A stretch of 64,000 bases of DNA. Origin: an uncultured Candidatus Saccharibacteria bacterium. GTDB taxonomy: Bacteria; Patescibacteriota; Minisyncoccia; SW-4-49-11. The notes beneath the pieces were generated by a model, which did not search any database, was not told where the DNA came from, and saw only the letters and a list, made by a program, of their open reading frames with translations. The stretch is from positions 35,543 to 99,542 of the forward strand of contig CAZWIJ010000004.1 of NCBI GenBank assembly GCA_964633865.1. The letters are read 5' to 3'. This document shows positions 19,569-29,500 of this stretch, in pieces. The translations under genes and the position numbers were made by a program. Position 1 is the first letter of the stretch, and the number at the start of each line of letters is the position of its first letter.

Positions 19569-20423
19569 TTACTGAAGACTATCTGTAAACTTCTTTATCT
19601 CTTCTTCAGAAAAAAAGTTAAGTGTCATAATATATCTTTTACCTTTTTTTCTAATCTCAACTTTGTTATTTAATTTTTGAGAGAAATTATTTACCAAAGA
19701 TTTAATATCACTACTAATTATATTCAAAGATGAATTTGGTTCTTTCTTTACCACTTTTTCAGTCTGCCTGACATTGAGAGCATTCTTAACTATATTTTCT
19801 AAAACTGCTTCTTGATCTAAAGGATTATCTATACCGGCAATAATTTTAGCATGACCTTCAGTAATTTGACCATTAGTAAGTGCTAATTGAACTGAAGGAG
19901 GCAGAGAAAGATACCTTAGTATATTTGCTACACTAGATCTGCTTAAATTCAACTGTTTTGCTATTTCTTCTTGAGTAAAGTTAAATTTTTCTTGCAAATC
20001 CTTAAATCCCTTAGCTTTTTCTATTGGATTTAGATCTTGTCTTTGAATATTCTCTATTAAAGCTAACTCGGCTTTTTCTTGATTAGAGATTTTATTCTTT
20101 ATAATTACAGGAACTTCTAATAGCCCCGCTAATTTTGCTGCTCTTAGTCTTCTCTCCCCTGCAATTAACTGATATTCACCTTTTTGCTCATCAACTGAAA
20201 CCATCAATGGCTGTAGAATACCTTTTTCTTTAATTGAATTGGATAAATTTAATAGATCATCTTCATCAAATATACTTCTTGGCTGAAAAGGATTCGCACT
20301 TATTAAATCAATTGACAATGTAGTCTGATTTGTATCTTTAACTGAATCAATATTTTGTAATATTGTTTTGTTTGGAATAAGAGATGATAAACCTCTCCCT
20401 AGAGAACTTTTGTTGTTGTTCAT
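19569..20423 (-). CDS. parB: chromosome partitioning protein ParB/Spo0J
   Basis: 284 aa. ParB box II (LIAGERRLRAAKLAG) and an HTH region. No parA adjacent in the window. Confidence 0.8.
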   Translation of the reverse strand: MNNNKSSLGRGLSSLIPNKTILQNIDSVKDTNQTTLSIDLISANPFQPRSIFDEDDLLNLSNSIKEKGILQPLMVSVDEQKGEYQLIAGERRLRAAKLAGLLEVPVIIKNKISNQEKAELALIENIQRQDLNPIEKAKGFKDLQEKFNFTQEEIAKQLNLSRSSVANILRYLSLPPSVQLALTNGQITEGHAKIIAGIDNPLDQEAVLENIVKNALNVRQTEKVVKKEPNSSLNIISSDIKSLVNNFSQKLNNKVEIRKKGKRYIMTLNFFSEEEIKKFTDSLQ

Positions 20424-20481
20424 ATAAAAACTTTTATAATTTATACTATTATAATATCAAAATAATGTCTAATTAACAATA

Positions 20482-21207
20482 TTAAATCTCAAAATTTATA
20501 TTATTATCAGAATTAGTAAATTTCCAAATACTATAACTCTGAATTTCTAACATAATTTGTTGTTTTGTAATTTTCTTGTAATATTCTATTGTATTTATAA
20601 GAAATTCTCTTTTACTAAGTTCTATATCATTAATTTCATTTTTAATTAAAGGTATATATTTTCTATTTCTATAATCAAAATCATTCTTAGCAATTAATAA
20701 TATCTTTCCCTCTTTCTCGAGTTTATCTATCCAATCTTCAAACCCTAATATAATAAAACTATTTTCATTTTCCTTTATATAATCCAACTTAAATAATCTC
20801 TTTTTATTAAAAATAAAATATTTATAATCTAATTGAAAAATTAATAATCCTATAAAGTCTATTCCTATTTCAAATTTAGAGATCAATTCTCCTAACAAAA
20901 TTATAAGAATTTCTTCCAAAAACTTGTCTTCTATATTTACTGATCTAGATTTATAATTTTTGTTACTATAAATAGATTTTTTTTCTTCTATCAAATTTTC
21001 ATTATATTCTTTATATAAAAAATTTTGATCAGCTAGATTTTTTATATTTATTTTGTATATATCAGATAAAGTTAATGCCTGATCCAATGTTAAATACCTT
21101 TCTCCTTTTTCTATCAAAATATAAGTTGGCCTTGAAACTCCTAAAGTCTTAGCAATCTGTACTTGCGTCATATTTTTCTCTTTTCTTAACTTCTTTAAAT
21201 ATTTCAT
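20482..21207 (-). CDS. XRE-family HTH transcriptional regulator with C-terminal domain of unknown function
   Basis: 241 aa. N-terminal HTH (MTQVQIAKTLGVSRPTYILIEKGER). Confidence 0.6.
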   Translation of the reverse strand: MKYLKKLRKEKNMTQVQIAKTLGVSRPTYILIEKGERYLTLDQALTLSDIYKINIKNLADQNFLYKEYNENLIEEKKSIYSNKNYKSRSVNIEDKFLEEILIILLGELISKFEIGIDFIGLLIFQLDYKYFIFNKKRLFKLDYIKENENSFIILGFEDWIDKLEKEGKILLIAKNDFDYRNRKYIPLIKNEINDIELSKREFLINTIEYYKKITKQQIMLEIQSYSIWKFTNSDNNINFEI

Positions 21208-21379
21208 TCTTTCTATATCTATAGACTAATACAACTTAAATACTATTTTTGCATATATATTTTACAAAAATTATGTAAAATATATTGGCACTTATTTTTT
21301 ATTATGTATAATATTATTATACTTTAATTATAAAGCTATACATCAAAATTAAAGTAAAATAAATCTTAAATATAAATTT

Positions 21380-21553
21380 ATGTTCTACCAATTATACAAA
21401 GATAATAAATCTCTTTTTAGATGGAAACTTTTGGCTTCAAATAATCATGTTATTGCTATATCTAATCAAGGATATATATCAAAAGATACCGCTATTAAAT
21501 CTATTATTCTAACTCAAAGTTCAAAGGGAGTAAGAATTGATGATCTTACTTAG
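21380..21553 (+). CDS. YegP/DUF1508-like small protein (not in ORF track)
   Basis: 57-aa ORF MFYQLYKDNKSLFRWKLLASNNHVIAISNQGYISKDTAIKSIILTQSSKGVRIDDLT. Fits the DUF1508 pattern (F.lYKD..g.fRwrL.a.Ng..Ia.Segy.sK..a...I.sv.), in a 546-bp intergenic region. Confidence 0.45.
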   Translation: MFYQLYKDNKSLFRWKLLASNNHVIAISNQGYISKDTAIKSIILTQSSKGVRIDDLT

Positions 21554-21753
21554 TTTAATGTCACATATTCATATTATCATATTTTTAGTCTAAAGTATAT
21601 GTTTAGTCACTCTGATTAAAAATTATTATTTCTCTTCACTTAGGTGAGGGGATTTTTTTATATACTTTATATTGTACAAAATTATAATTTAAGATATCAT
21701 TTAGATAAGAGTTAAAAATCAAACTCTAAAATTTTTATAATTAACTAATAAAT

Positions 21754-22878
21754 ATGAACTCTATTTTAAATTTTATAAAATATATAGGTAAAAATATATG
21801 GTCTTTGATCAAGTTCACTATATCAAAAATGTATACTGTATCTATAGTTACCTTAGCTATAATTCTACCAATTCTAATATTATCTATACCAACCACTCCC
21901 ACAAGTGATGGAGAAATGATAGCTAGCGATACTTCTACATTAGAATTTTCTTATTATTCTGGGGAAAAAGAATCTGAAGATAAAATTGCTCGTATTGACA
22001 TATCTGGAATAATTTTAAAAGAAAGTCTCAATAATGATCCATTTTCTTTTCTCAATGAACAAGCTGTAGATGCTAATAGAATAAAGAAAACTTTGAAGAA
22101 ATTAGCTGATGAGAATGAGGTAAAAGCTGTTTTATTAAATTTAGACACTCCTGGAGGAGATCCTGAAGGTGCAAAATTAATCACTGAGGGGATTTTATAC
22201 TTTAAAGAAAAAACCCAAAAACCTGTTTATGGATATATTAATAGCATCTCAACTTCAGCTGGAGCTTGGATATCTGCTCCATTAGATATGATTATTGCAA
22301 AAGACTATGCATTGGTTGCAAATGTAGGAATTTCTGCTGGAAAAATTGTAAAAGCTCCTTCTATAACAAAATATGTTGGTGGAGAATTTATTGGAGAAAG
22401 TAAAGAAGAAGTGAAAATAATTGAAATGTATAGAGGTAAATATAAAAGATTTGAGAATCCACTAAATCCAACTGATGATGAGATTAAAAATGTTTATGGT
22501 GATTTACTTGATGGAATGTATGATGAGTTCATAAATCATATGGCAACTTATCGAAAAATAGATCAAACTGTTCTAAGAGATGAAATTGGGGCAAAAGTAT
22601 TGTTTGCAAAAGATGCTTTGGAGTATAAATTTGTTGATGAATTAGGAAATGAAGAATTTGCATTAGACACATTTTCAAAAAAAATAAATTCTAGTAGTGA
22701 TGTAATTATCCTAGATACCAACCTATCTAGTGAGTTTGGATTATTAGAATCATTATTTGGTATGACAAAATCATATGTAAACACAAAGTTAGGGAATAAT
22801 ACTATTCAATCTTCCTACATTTGTAATCCTGAACAAATTTTATCATTTTATGGAAATATAGATAATTACTGTAAATAG
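21754..22878 (+). CDS. signal peptide peptidase SppA-like S49 serine peptidase
   Basis: 374 aa. N-terminal TM. S49/ClpP-fold motifs (INSISTSAGAWISAPLDMIIA...ANVGISAG). Confidence 0.6.
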   Translation: MNSILNFIKYIGKNIWSLIKFTISKMYTVSIVTLAIILPILILSIPTTPTSDGEMIASDTSTLEFSYYSGEKESEDKIARIDISGIILKESLNNDPFSFLNEQAVDANRIKKTLKKLADENEVKAVLLNLDTPGGDPEGAKLITEGILYFKEKTQKPVYGYINSISTSAGAWISAPLDMIIAKDYALVANVGISAGKIVKAPSITKYVGGEFIGESKEEVKIIEMYRGKYKRFENPLNPTDDEIKNVYGDLLDGMYDEFINHMATYRKIDQTVLRDEIGAKVLFAKDALEYKFVDELGNEEFALDTFSKKINSSSDVIILDTNLSSEFGLLESLFGMTKSYVNTKLGNNTIQSSYICNPEQILSFYGNIDNYCK

Positions 22879-22948
22879 ATCTTGATATTTAATTTTATTT
22901 TGATAAACTTAAATTAGTACTTTTATAAAATTGAATGAGGTATCTGTG

Positions 22949-23101
22949 ATGTTAAAACAAAAACAAGATACAGAAACATTAAAGGCTTTTGTAATTCATA
23001 AGAATTGTGGATTGTCATTACACATCTCTCCAAACGGAGAGATGTACCAAAACACAGTACATGGGATGATCAAAATACCGAATCCTCCTGTAAAAATTTA
23101 A
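22949..23101 (+). CDS. candidate 50-aa small ORF with SD sequence (alternatively a structured RNA element)
   Basis: GAGG 7 nt upstream of ATG. Encodes MLKQKQDTETLKAFVIHKNCGLSLHISPNGEMYQNTVHGMIKIPNPPVKI and contains a perfect 10-bp inverted repeat ACATCTCTCC-AAAC-GGAGAGATGT at 23018-23041. Confidence 0.25.
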   Translation: MLKQKQDTETLKAFVIHKNCGLSLHISPNGEMYQNTVHGMIKIPNPPVKI

Positions 23102-23170
23102 ATTAATAATTGAGAAAGGATACATTTAATTATGTGTCCTTTTTATTTTATAACAATCCTAAAAATTTAC

Positions 23171-23199
23171 TTGACAGTCCCCATTATATACATTATAAT
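23171..23199 (+). promoter_or_regulatory. sigma70-type promoter of the dcw (mraZ) operon
   Basis: Exact TTGACA (23171-23176), 17-nt spacer, exact TATAAT (23194-23199). 65 nt upstream of the mraZ start. Confidence 0.55.
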
Positions 23200-23207
23200 G
23201 TATATAA

Positions 23208-23234
23208 GTGGTGATTAGTGGTGAATAATGTGGA
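23208..23234 (+). promoter_or_regulatory. putative MraZ operator (direct repeats)
   Basis: GTGGTGA (23208), GTGGTGA (23218) and GTGGA (23230) direct repeats at 10-12-bp periodicity between -10 and the mraZ start. MraZ is known to bind spaced GTG(G/T)-type direct repeats in its own promoter region. Confidence 0.4.
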
Positions 23235-23263
23235 TTAAAAGATTATAATTTTATAGTTAATAT

Positions 23264-23695
23264 ATGTTTATAGGTGAATTTAATCATTCATTAGATATAA
23301 AAGGAAGAATTGCTTTACCAAAAAAGTTTAGATCTGACTTAGAAAAGGGTTTAGTGATTACAAAGGGGCTTGATAATTGTCTCTGGATTTATACTATGGA
23401 AGAATGGAATAATTTAGCTAAAAAACTAGTTAATCTTCCAATTAGTCAATCTGATACTAGAGCTTTTAGTAGAATAATGTTGGCTGGAGCTATGGATGTG
23501 ACTTTGGATTCACAAGGTAGAATAGTTATCCCTGAATATCTTAGGACATATGCTAATATTAATAAAAAAGTAATTATAGCTGGATTATATGATAGATTAG
23601 AACTTTGGGATCAAGAAAAATGGGATGAATATAAATCAAAAACTGAAAGTAAAGTTGATGAATTGGCTGAAAGATTAGGTGAGCTAGGCATATAA
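23264..23695 (+). CDS. mraZ: transcriptional regulator MraZ
   Basis: 143 aa with a duplicated MraZ/SpoVT-AbrB fold (LDIKGRIALPKKFR ... LDSQGRIVIPEYLR). Confidence 0.9.
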   Translation: MFIGEFNHSLDIKGRIALPKKFRSDLEKGLVITKGLDNCLWIYTMEEWNNLAKKLVNLPISQSDTRAFSRIMLAGAMDVTLDSQGRIVIPEYLRTYANINKKVIIAGLYDRLELWDQEKWDEYKSKTESKVDELAERLGELGI

Positions 23696-23708
23696 ATTAA
23701 TTATTATT

Positions 23709-24605
23709 ATGAATACCAAGTGGGAACACATATCTGTAATGAAACAAGAGTCAATTGATTTTTTGAATATTGATCCTGAAAAAAATTATGTAGATGCCAC
23801 TTTAGGACTAGGAGGACATTCAAAAAAAATAGTAGATAAACTATCTACTGGCAAATTAATTTGTATTGATACAGATGAGGAAGCACTTACTTTAGCACAA
23901 AAGAATCTGAAAGAATTTGATGAGAAAATTATATTTTGCAATGATAATTTTGCTAACATCAAAAATATTATTAAAGAATTTAATTTTGAATCTATCTCAG
24001 GTGGTATTCTTGCAGATCTAGGTGTATCATCAATGGAATTAGATAATTCTGAAAGAGGATTTAGTTTTCTAAAGAATGCTGATTTAGACATGAGAATGAA
24101 TAGAAATCAAAGTTTAACAGCAAAATATATAGTTAATAATTATTCAATTACAGATCTCATAAATATATTCAAGATTTATGGTGATGAAAAATTTCCTGGT
24201 AGAATTGCAAGAGCAATATGTGATAGGAGAAGAAAAAAATCAATCAAAGAGACTCTAGATTTGGCTTCAATAATTAAAAACTCTGTACCTATAAAATTCC
24301 AGAATACAAAAATTCATCCAGCAACCAAAGTATTTCAAGCTCTTAGAATAGAAGTGAATGATGAATTAAATGTGCTCAAAAAATTTTTGTTAGATTCAAT
24401 AGATTTATTAGAAAGTAAAGCGAGACTAGTAATAATATCATTTCATTCTGGTGAAGATAGAATAGTGAAAAATGTGTTTAGAGATAAATACCTTGAGGGA
24501 AGTGTTAAATTATTAACAAGAAAGCCTTTAACTCCATCCGAATATGAAATTAATGAAAATATTAGATCAAGAAGTGCAAAAATGAGAATATTAGAAAAAA
24601 TTTAA
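23709..24605 (+). CDS. rsmH: 16S rRNA (cytosine1402-N4)-methyltransferase RsmH
   Basis: 298 aa. SAM-binding DATLGLGGHS and FHSGEDRIVK motifs. Directly follows mraZ. Confidence 0.9.
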   Translation: MNTKWEHISVMKQESIDFLNIDPEKNYVDATLGLGGHSKKIVDKLSTGKLICIDTDEEALTLAQKNLKEFDEKIIFCNDNFANIKNIIKEFNFESISGGILADLGVSSMELDNSERGFSFLKNADLDMRMNRNQSLTAKYIVNNYSITDLINIFKIYGDEKFPGRIARAICDRRRKKSIKETLDLASIIKNSVPIKFQNTKIHPATKVFQALRIEVNDELNVLKKFLLDSIDLLESKARLVIISFHSGEDRIVKNVFRDKYLEGSVKLLTRKPLTPSEYEINENIRSRSAKMRILEKI

Positions 24606-24616
24606 GCTAAAAATTT

Positions 24617-24913
24617 ATGAATAATCCATCCATTAATACTAATTTGAATAAATTTATTTACAGTGTATTATCAATACTAATTTTACTTTGTTTAGTTTAT
24701 ATCAATGAGACTAGCTCTCTCTCTACTCAAGGATATGTTATTAGTGATTACCAAAAAAATCTTTGGGAAGCTGAACAATCTCAAGTTAACCTAAATACTA
24801 GCATTGCACAACAAAGCTCAATTTTAGCATTAAATGAGAATGCCAATCAAAATTCAATGGAAAAATCTAATCCTATATATATAAATAATGTAGATACTGT
24901 TGTAATCAAGTAG
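24617..24913 (+). CDS. FtsL-like cell division membrane protein
   Basis: 98-aa single-TM protein located between rsmH and ftsI, as in dcw clusters. Confidence 0.5.
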   Translation: MNNPSINTNLNKFIYSVLSILILLCLVYINETSSLSTQGYVISDYQKNLWEAEQSQVNLNTSIAQQSSILALNENANQNSMEKSNPIYINNVDTVVIK

Positions 24914-24930
24914 GGATTTTATAATTTGTT

Positions 24931-26727
24931 ATGATGAAAAAGCTAAATTACAAAAATAATATTTATCATGATAAAAATGAAAATAATGATAATAATAAAT
25001 TAAGTAAATGGAGATTAATAATTTTCGTACTTATAGTGATTTCAATATTTCTAATAATGATTATTAAATCATTTCAAATACAAATCTTAAATTATGATCT
25101 TTATTCTAATTTAGCCGCTTCACAACATTTTAAAGAATATATTATAAATGGGAAAAGAGGATCTATATTTCTACAAGATATAAAAAATCAATCTTATTTT
25201 CCAATAGCAATAAATAAAAAAAAATATGACCTTATTATTGATCCTAGTCTTCTTTCTAAAGAATCTTCTGAGTATGTTAATTCAGTAAAACAAATTTTAT
25301 TTAAAAAAATACCAGGAATCGATCCTTTAAAGTTTGATGATCAGCTTTCCAAATCAGAGTTAAAATGGCAATTAGTTCAAAAAGATATAGAAGAAGAAGT
25401 TGTAAATGAAATCAATCAAAAAAAACTTAACGGTATTTATTTTGAAGAAAAAATAAGTAGATTTTATCCAGAAAAAAACTTAGCTTCCCAAGTAATTGGA
25501 TTTGTTCAGAAAGATAATATAGGAGAAGGTAAATATGGGGTAGAAGGTCACTTTAATAATATTTTGAAAGGTGAAAATGGATTTAAAAAACAAGAAACTG
25601 ATATAACTGGTAATTGGCTTGCTTTTGGAGAATCTAACAATATAGATGCTGTTGATGGTGCTGATATTGTACTTACTATTGATCATAATATTCAATACAA
25701 ATTAGAATCTACATTACAAAAATTACAAGATGAATTTAAACCAAAATATTCAATGGGATTAATTATGGATCCAAAAACTGGAGATATTCTAGCTATGGCT
25801 ACACTCCCCTCCTTTGATCCTAATAATTATAACTTAGTTTCAGATATAAATATTTTTTCTAACCCAACTATATCTAATTTGTATGAACCTGGATCAATAT
25901 TTAAACCTTTCACAGCTGCTATAGGGCTTGACACTGGAGCATTTTCTTCAGAAACAAAATTTACTGACACAGGTGAACTTACATTAAATGGATTTACAAT
26001 AAAAAATGCTTTAGAAAAAAAATATGGAGAACAAACAATGACCAATGTTCTGGAAAAGTCTATAAACACTGGGACTGTATTTATGCAACAAAAAGCAGGA
26101 AAAGAAGCTTTTGTTGATTATTTATCAGATAAATTTAATTTCCCTAATAAAACTAATATTGATTTACCTTCTGAGGCTACTTCTAATATCTCTAATATTA
26201 CAAAATCTATAAGAGACTCTAGGGATATAAATTATGCTACAGCATCTTTTGGACAAGGAATCTCAATGACTCCTATAAGATTATTATCCTCATTTAATTC
26301 TTTTGTAAATGATGGTATAATTATGAAGCCTCAGATTGTGAAAGAAATTAAATTAAGTAATGGAGAAGTGAAAAAAAATGAACCAATAATTGAATCACAG
26401 GCTTTATCTAAAGAAAGTTCAGAAGAATTATCTAAAATGCTTGTTAGTGTTGTAAATAATGGACATGGATCAAAAGCCGGAGTAGAAGGATATAATATAG
26501 GTGGAAAAACAGGAACAGCACAAATTGCTATTAAAGGAGGCTACGGAGAAGACACATTTCAATCATTTATAGAATTTGTCACACTAGATGATCCTAAATA
26601 CACATTATTAATCTCATTAGATTCTCCGAAAGATGTAAGGTTTTCCGATACTTCAGTTGTTCCAGCTACAAAAGAACTAAATGAATTTTTGATCAATTAT
26701 TTTGAAATTATACCAGAATCTAATTAA
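24931..26727 (+). CDS. ftsI: class B penicillin-binding protein (FtsI-type transpeptidase)
   Basis: 598 aa. N-terminal TM, SxxK (SIFKPF), SxN (SSFNS) and KTG (GKTGTAQ) motifs. dcw context. Confidence 0.8.
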   Translation: MMKKLNYKNNIYHDKNENNDNNKLSKWRLIIFVLIVISIFLIMIIKSFQIQILNYDLYSNLAASQHFKEYIINGKRGSIFLQDIKNQSYFPIAINKKKYDLIIDPSLLSKESSEYVNSVKQILFKKIPGIDPLKFDDQLSKSELKWQLVQKDIEEEVVNEINQKKLNGIYFEEKISRFYPEKNLASQVIGFVQKDNIGEGKYGVEGHFNNILKGENGFKKQETDITGNWLAFGESNNIDAVDGADIVLTIDHNIQYKLESTLQKLQDEFKPKYSMGLIMDPKTGDILAMATLPSFDPNNYNLVSDINIFSNPTISNLYEPGSIFKPFTAAIGLDTGAFSSETKFTDTGELTLNGFTIKNALEKKYGEQTMTNVLEKSINTGTVFMQQKAGKEAFVDYLSDKFNFPNKTNIDLPSEATSNISNITKSIRDSRDINYATASFGQGISMTPIRLLSSFNSFVNDGIIMKPQIVKEIKLSNGEVKKNEPIIESQALSKESSEELSKMLVSVVNNGHGSKAGVEGYNIGGKTGTAQIAIKGGYGEDTFQSFIEFVTLDDPKYTLLISLDSPKDVRFSDTSVVPATKELNEFLINYFEIIPESN

Positions 26728-26733
26728 CCTAAT

Positions 26734-28056
26734 ATGAAACATTTTATTATTAACATTTTAAAGAGATTAACAAAAAAAATACTTACTAAAAATAATGTTC
26801 AAATTATTGTAATTACTGGTAATGTTGGAAAAACTAGTGCTAGAAATAATTTAGTTGAGTTTTTATCTCAATACGATACAGTTGGAACTAATCTTGATAA
26901 CTATAATAGTGATATAGGGGTAATATTATCAATACTAAAAGAAAAATCTCCTAAGAAAAACCCTTTCTCTTGGCTTAGAATAATTCTCAAAGCATGGATT
27001 ATGTCAATCTCCAAACAGAAGAATTTTCCTTCTATTTGGGTATTAGAATTAGGGATAGATTTCCCAAAAGATATGGATTTTTTTGTAGATAACTTTCTAA
27101 AATTTGATGTAATTATATTTGGATATGTTGGTAAAAATCCTGTACATTTAGGTAATTTTAAAAATAGAGATGAACTTATCTTAGAGAAATCTAAAATACT
27201 TAGAGGGCTAAAACCTGATGGACTCTTGATTATAGATGGAGATGATTCTTATTTAAAAAAATATTACAATAATAGATCTAATGTTATTTCTTATGGATTT
27301 TCTGATTCAGTTGACCTTAAAGCTTCAGATTTTAAAATTAAACTCACAATTGATAATAATAAAGAAACTATAGAAAAATTTTATTCCAAAATTGTACCAA
27401 AAGGAAGTTTCAAAATAAGCTATAAAGGTAGTAATATTCCTTTTCATGTTGATTATTTATTAGCAGAACACCAGATTTATGCTTTATTATCAACTATTGC
27501 TTTTGCTATTCATACAAATATAAATCTAGTTGATATTTCTAAGCAAATTACCTCCATAAAACCTTTAAAAGGTAGGTTAAGAATAATTGAAGGAATAAAA
27601 GATAGTTTATTAATGGAAGATACTTATAATTCAGCTCCAAAAGCTATGGAATCAGCAATCAAAACTTTATATGATATAAAAATTCCTAATATCAGAAGAG
27701 TGGCCATTTTAGGATCTATGAAAGAGTTAGGAAAAGATTCTGATAAAATTCATAAAAACATAGGTAAACTACTATCTCAAAATGTAGATTTATTTATTGC
27801 TGTTGGAGAAGAAATTAAACCCGCATTTCAAGAATTTAATAAATTGACCAAATCCAAAGAAAAATCTATTTGGGTTCCAAATTCTAATTCTATTTTAGAA
27901 AGAATTACTGACCTTATTACTTCTAATGATTTGATTCTAATAAAAGGATCTGAGTCTTCTAGGATGGAAAAAATATCTGCTAAATTATTATTAAATCAAA
28001 AATTTAGTAAAGAGCTTTTACCAAGACAATCCAAAGACTGGTTAGCTAAAAACTAA
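26734..28056 (+). CDS. murF: UDP-N-acetylmuramoyl-tripeptide--D-alanyl-D-alanine ligase-like Mur ligase (short N-terminus)
   Basis: 440 aa. P-loop ITGNVGKTS at residue ~28, MurF-like C-terminal LGSMKELGKDSDKIHKNIG. N-terminal domain is reduced. Confidence 0.6.
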   Translation: MKHFIINILKRLTKKILTKNNVQIIVITGNVGKTSARNNLVEFLSQYDTVGTNLDNYNSDIGVILSILKEKSPKKNPFSWLRIILKAWIMSISKQKNFPSIWVLELGIDFPKDMDFFVDNFLKFDVIIFGYVGKNPVHLGNFKNRDELILEKSKILRGLKPDGLLIIDGDDSYLKKYYNNRSNVISYGFSDSVDLKASDFKIKLTIDNNKETIEKFYSKIVPKGSFKISYKGSNIPFHVDYLLAEHQIYALLSTIAFAIHTNINLVDISKQITSIKPLKGRLRIIEGIKDSLLMEDTYNSAPKAMESAIKTLYDIKIPNIRRVAILGSMKELGKDSDKIHKNIGKLLSQNVDLFIAVGEEIKPAFQEFNKLTKSKEKSIWVPNSNSILERITDLITSNDLILIKGSESSRMEKISAKLLLNQKFSKELLPRQSKDWLAKN

Positions 28057-29267
28057 ATACAAAAAATTTTATAAACTTTATCTAAACTATTAAAAAATAT
28101 TTCCAAATCTTGTTTAGTTGTGTATATACCAAAACTAATTCTAACACTTCCATTTATATTTAATAATTTTGCTAAAGGTTCAGCACAATGAAAACCTACC
28201 CTAACACAAATACCATCATCTGCCAGAATTTGTGCTATATCATGCTGATGAATACCTTTTATATTAAAAGAAATTAAAGTTTTTCTGTATAAATAATCTT
28301 GACTTCCATAAATAGTAATATATTTTCTTCTCCCCAATTCCTGAATAGCATAAGCCATCAAAGATTTTTCATCTTCCATAATAGTATCAAATCCTATTTT
28401 TTGTACAAAACTAATTGCTCTTGCAAGCCCTATAACTTCTGCTATAGAAGGTGTTCCTGCTTCAAATCTTTCTGGAATAGTAGTTAATTGATAAGAATTA
28501 TAATTAACCCTAGAAACCATTCCCCCACCAAGCTGATTTGGGATTAAGTTTTGTAATAGCTTATATTTCCCATATAAAACTCCTACCCCAGTTGGCCCAT
28601 ATAATTTATGTCCTGAAAAAACCATAAAATCTATGTCTTGCTGTGTAACATCAATTGGAATATGAGCAATAGACTGACAAGAATCTAATACTACTAAGGC
28701 TTGATTTAGATGAGCTTTTTTTATGATTTTATCTAAATTTAGAAGTGTTCCTAATACATTAGAAATATGAGTGAGAGCAACTATTTTAGTTTTAGAGGTT
28801 ATCAAAGTAAGATAATCCTCTTCTTTGATAATTCCTTGATTAATATCTACATACTTTATTATTACTCCTTTCCGCTCGGCTACTCTTTGCCAAATAAGAA
28901 GATTACTATGATGTTCTCCGTAAGATAAGATTATTTCATCACCTTTTTCTAGATTATCAGAAAGCATCAAAGCTAATTGATTGATACCATCTGTACTATT
29001 CTTTGTTATAATTATTTCTTCCCATCTCTTGGCTCCAATAAAATCGGCTATTATTTGTTTACTTTCTAGATATTTTTGATTTGTCTTAACTGCATTAGGA
29101 TATATATTACTATGCAAATTTGCTCTATAATCATAATAATATTCGTTCATTGCCTTCACTACACAGTCAGGGGAAAGGGTGCTGGCTGCAGAATCTAAAT
29201 AACAAAAATTTTCTTTTTGTAAGATTCTGAATTTAGATTTTAAGTTCATAGGGAAAGAATTATTCAT
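28053..29267 (-). CDS. cysteine desulfurase / class V aminotransferase (SufS/NifS family)
   Basis: 404 aa. PLP-lysine region FSGHKLYGPTGVGVLYG and C-terminal RVGFHCAEP (catalytic Cys loop). Confidence 0.75.
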   Translation of the reverse strand: MNNSFPMNLKSKFRILQKENFCYLDSAASTLSPDCVVKAMNEYYYDYRANLHSNIYPNAVKTNQKYLESKQIIADFIGAKRWEEIIITKNSTDGINQLALMLSDNLEKGDEIILSYGEHHSNLLIWQRVAERKGVIIKYVDINQGIIKEEDYLTLITSKTKIVALTHISNVLGTLLNLDKIIKKAHLNQALVVLDSCQSIAHIPIDVTQQDIDFMVFSGHKLYGPTGVGVLYGKYKLLQNLIPNQLGGGMVSRVNYNSYQLTTIPERFEAGTPSIAEVIGLARAISFVQKIGFDTIMEDEKSLMAYAIQELGRRKYITIYGSQDYLYRKTLISFNIKGIHQHDIAQILADDGICVRVGFHCAEPLAKLLNINGSVRISFGIYTTKQDLEIFFNSLDKVYKIFCI

Positions 29268-29306
29268 TAATATCCTGATTATACTATATTTCTTACAAAA
29301 TAAAAA

Positions 29307-29334
29307 GAACAGATTTCTCTGCTCTTTTCTTTTA
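29307..29334 (-). terminator. possible terminator downstream of giant pilin-like gene
   Basis: Minus strand GAGCAGA-GAAA-TCTGTTC hairpin followed by TTTTTATTTT. Confidence 0.3.
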
Positions 29335-29500
29335 CTAGAATATCAGCTCATCATCTTCCAATGTTTGTTCACTACTTAATTCTTTTGGAATTTGGTCTAT
29401 CTCTTATTTATATACTATTGTTTAAATTCATATTCTAATGCTCTTGGTATTTTTCTATTATTATATATTTTCTCACATTTTTGATACTTTATTTATTAAA

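Noticed and set aside
23018-23041. Hairpin as intrinsic terminator of sppA
   Set aside because: Perfect 10-bp stem but no downstream U-tract (followed by ACCAAAACACAG). It lies 140 nt after the sppA stop, inside a candidate small ORF.
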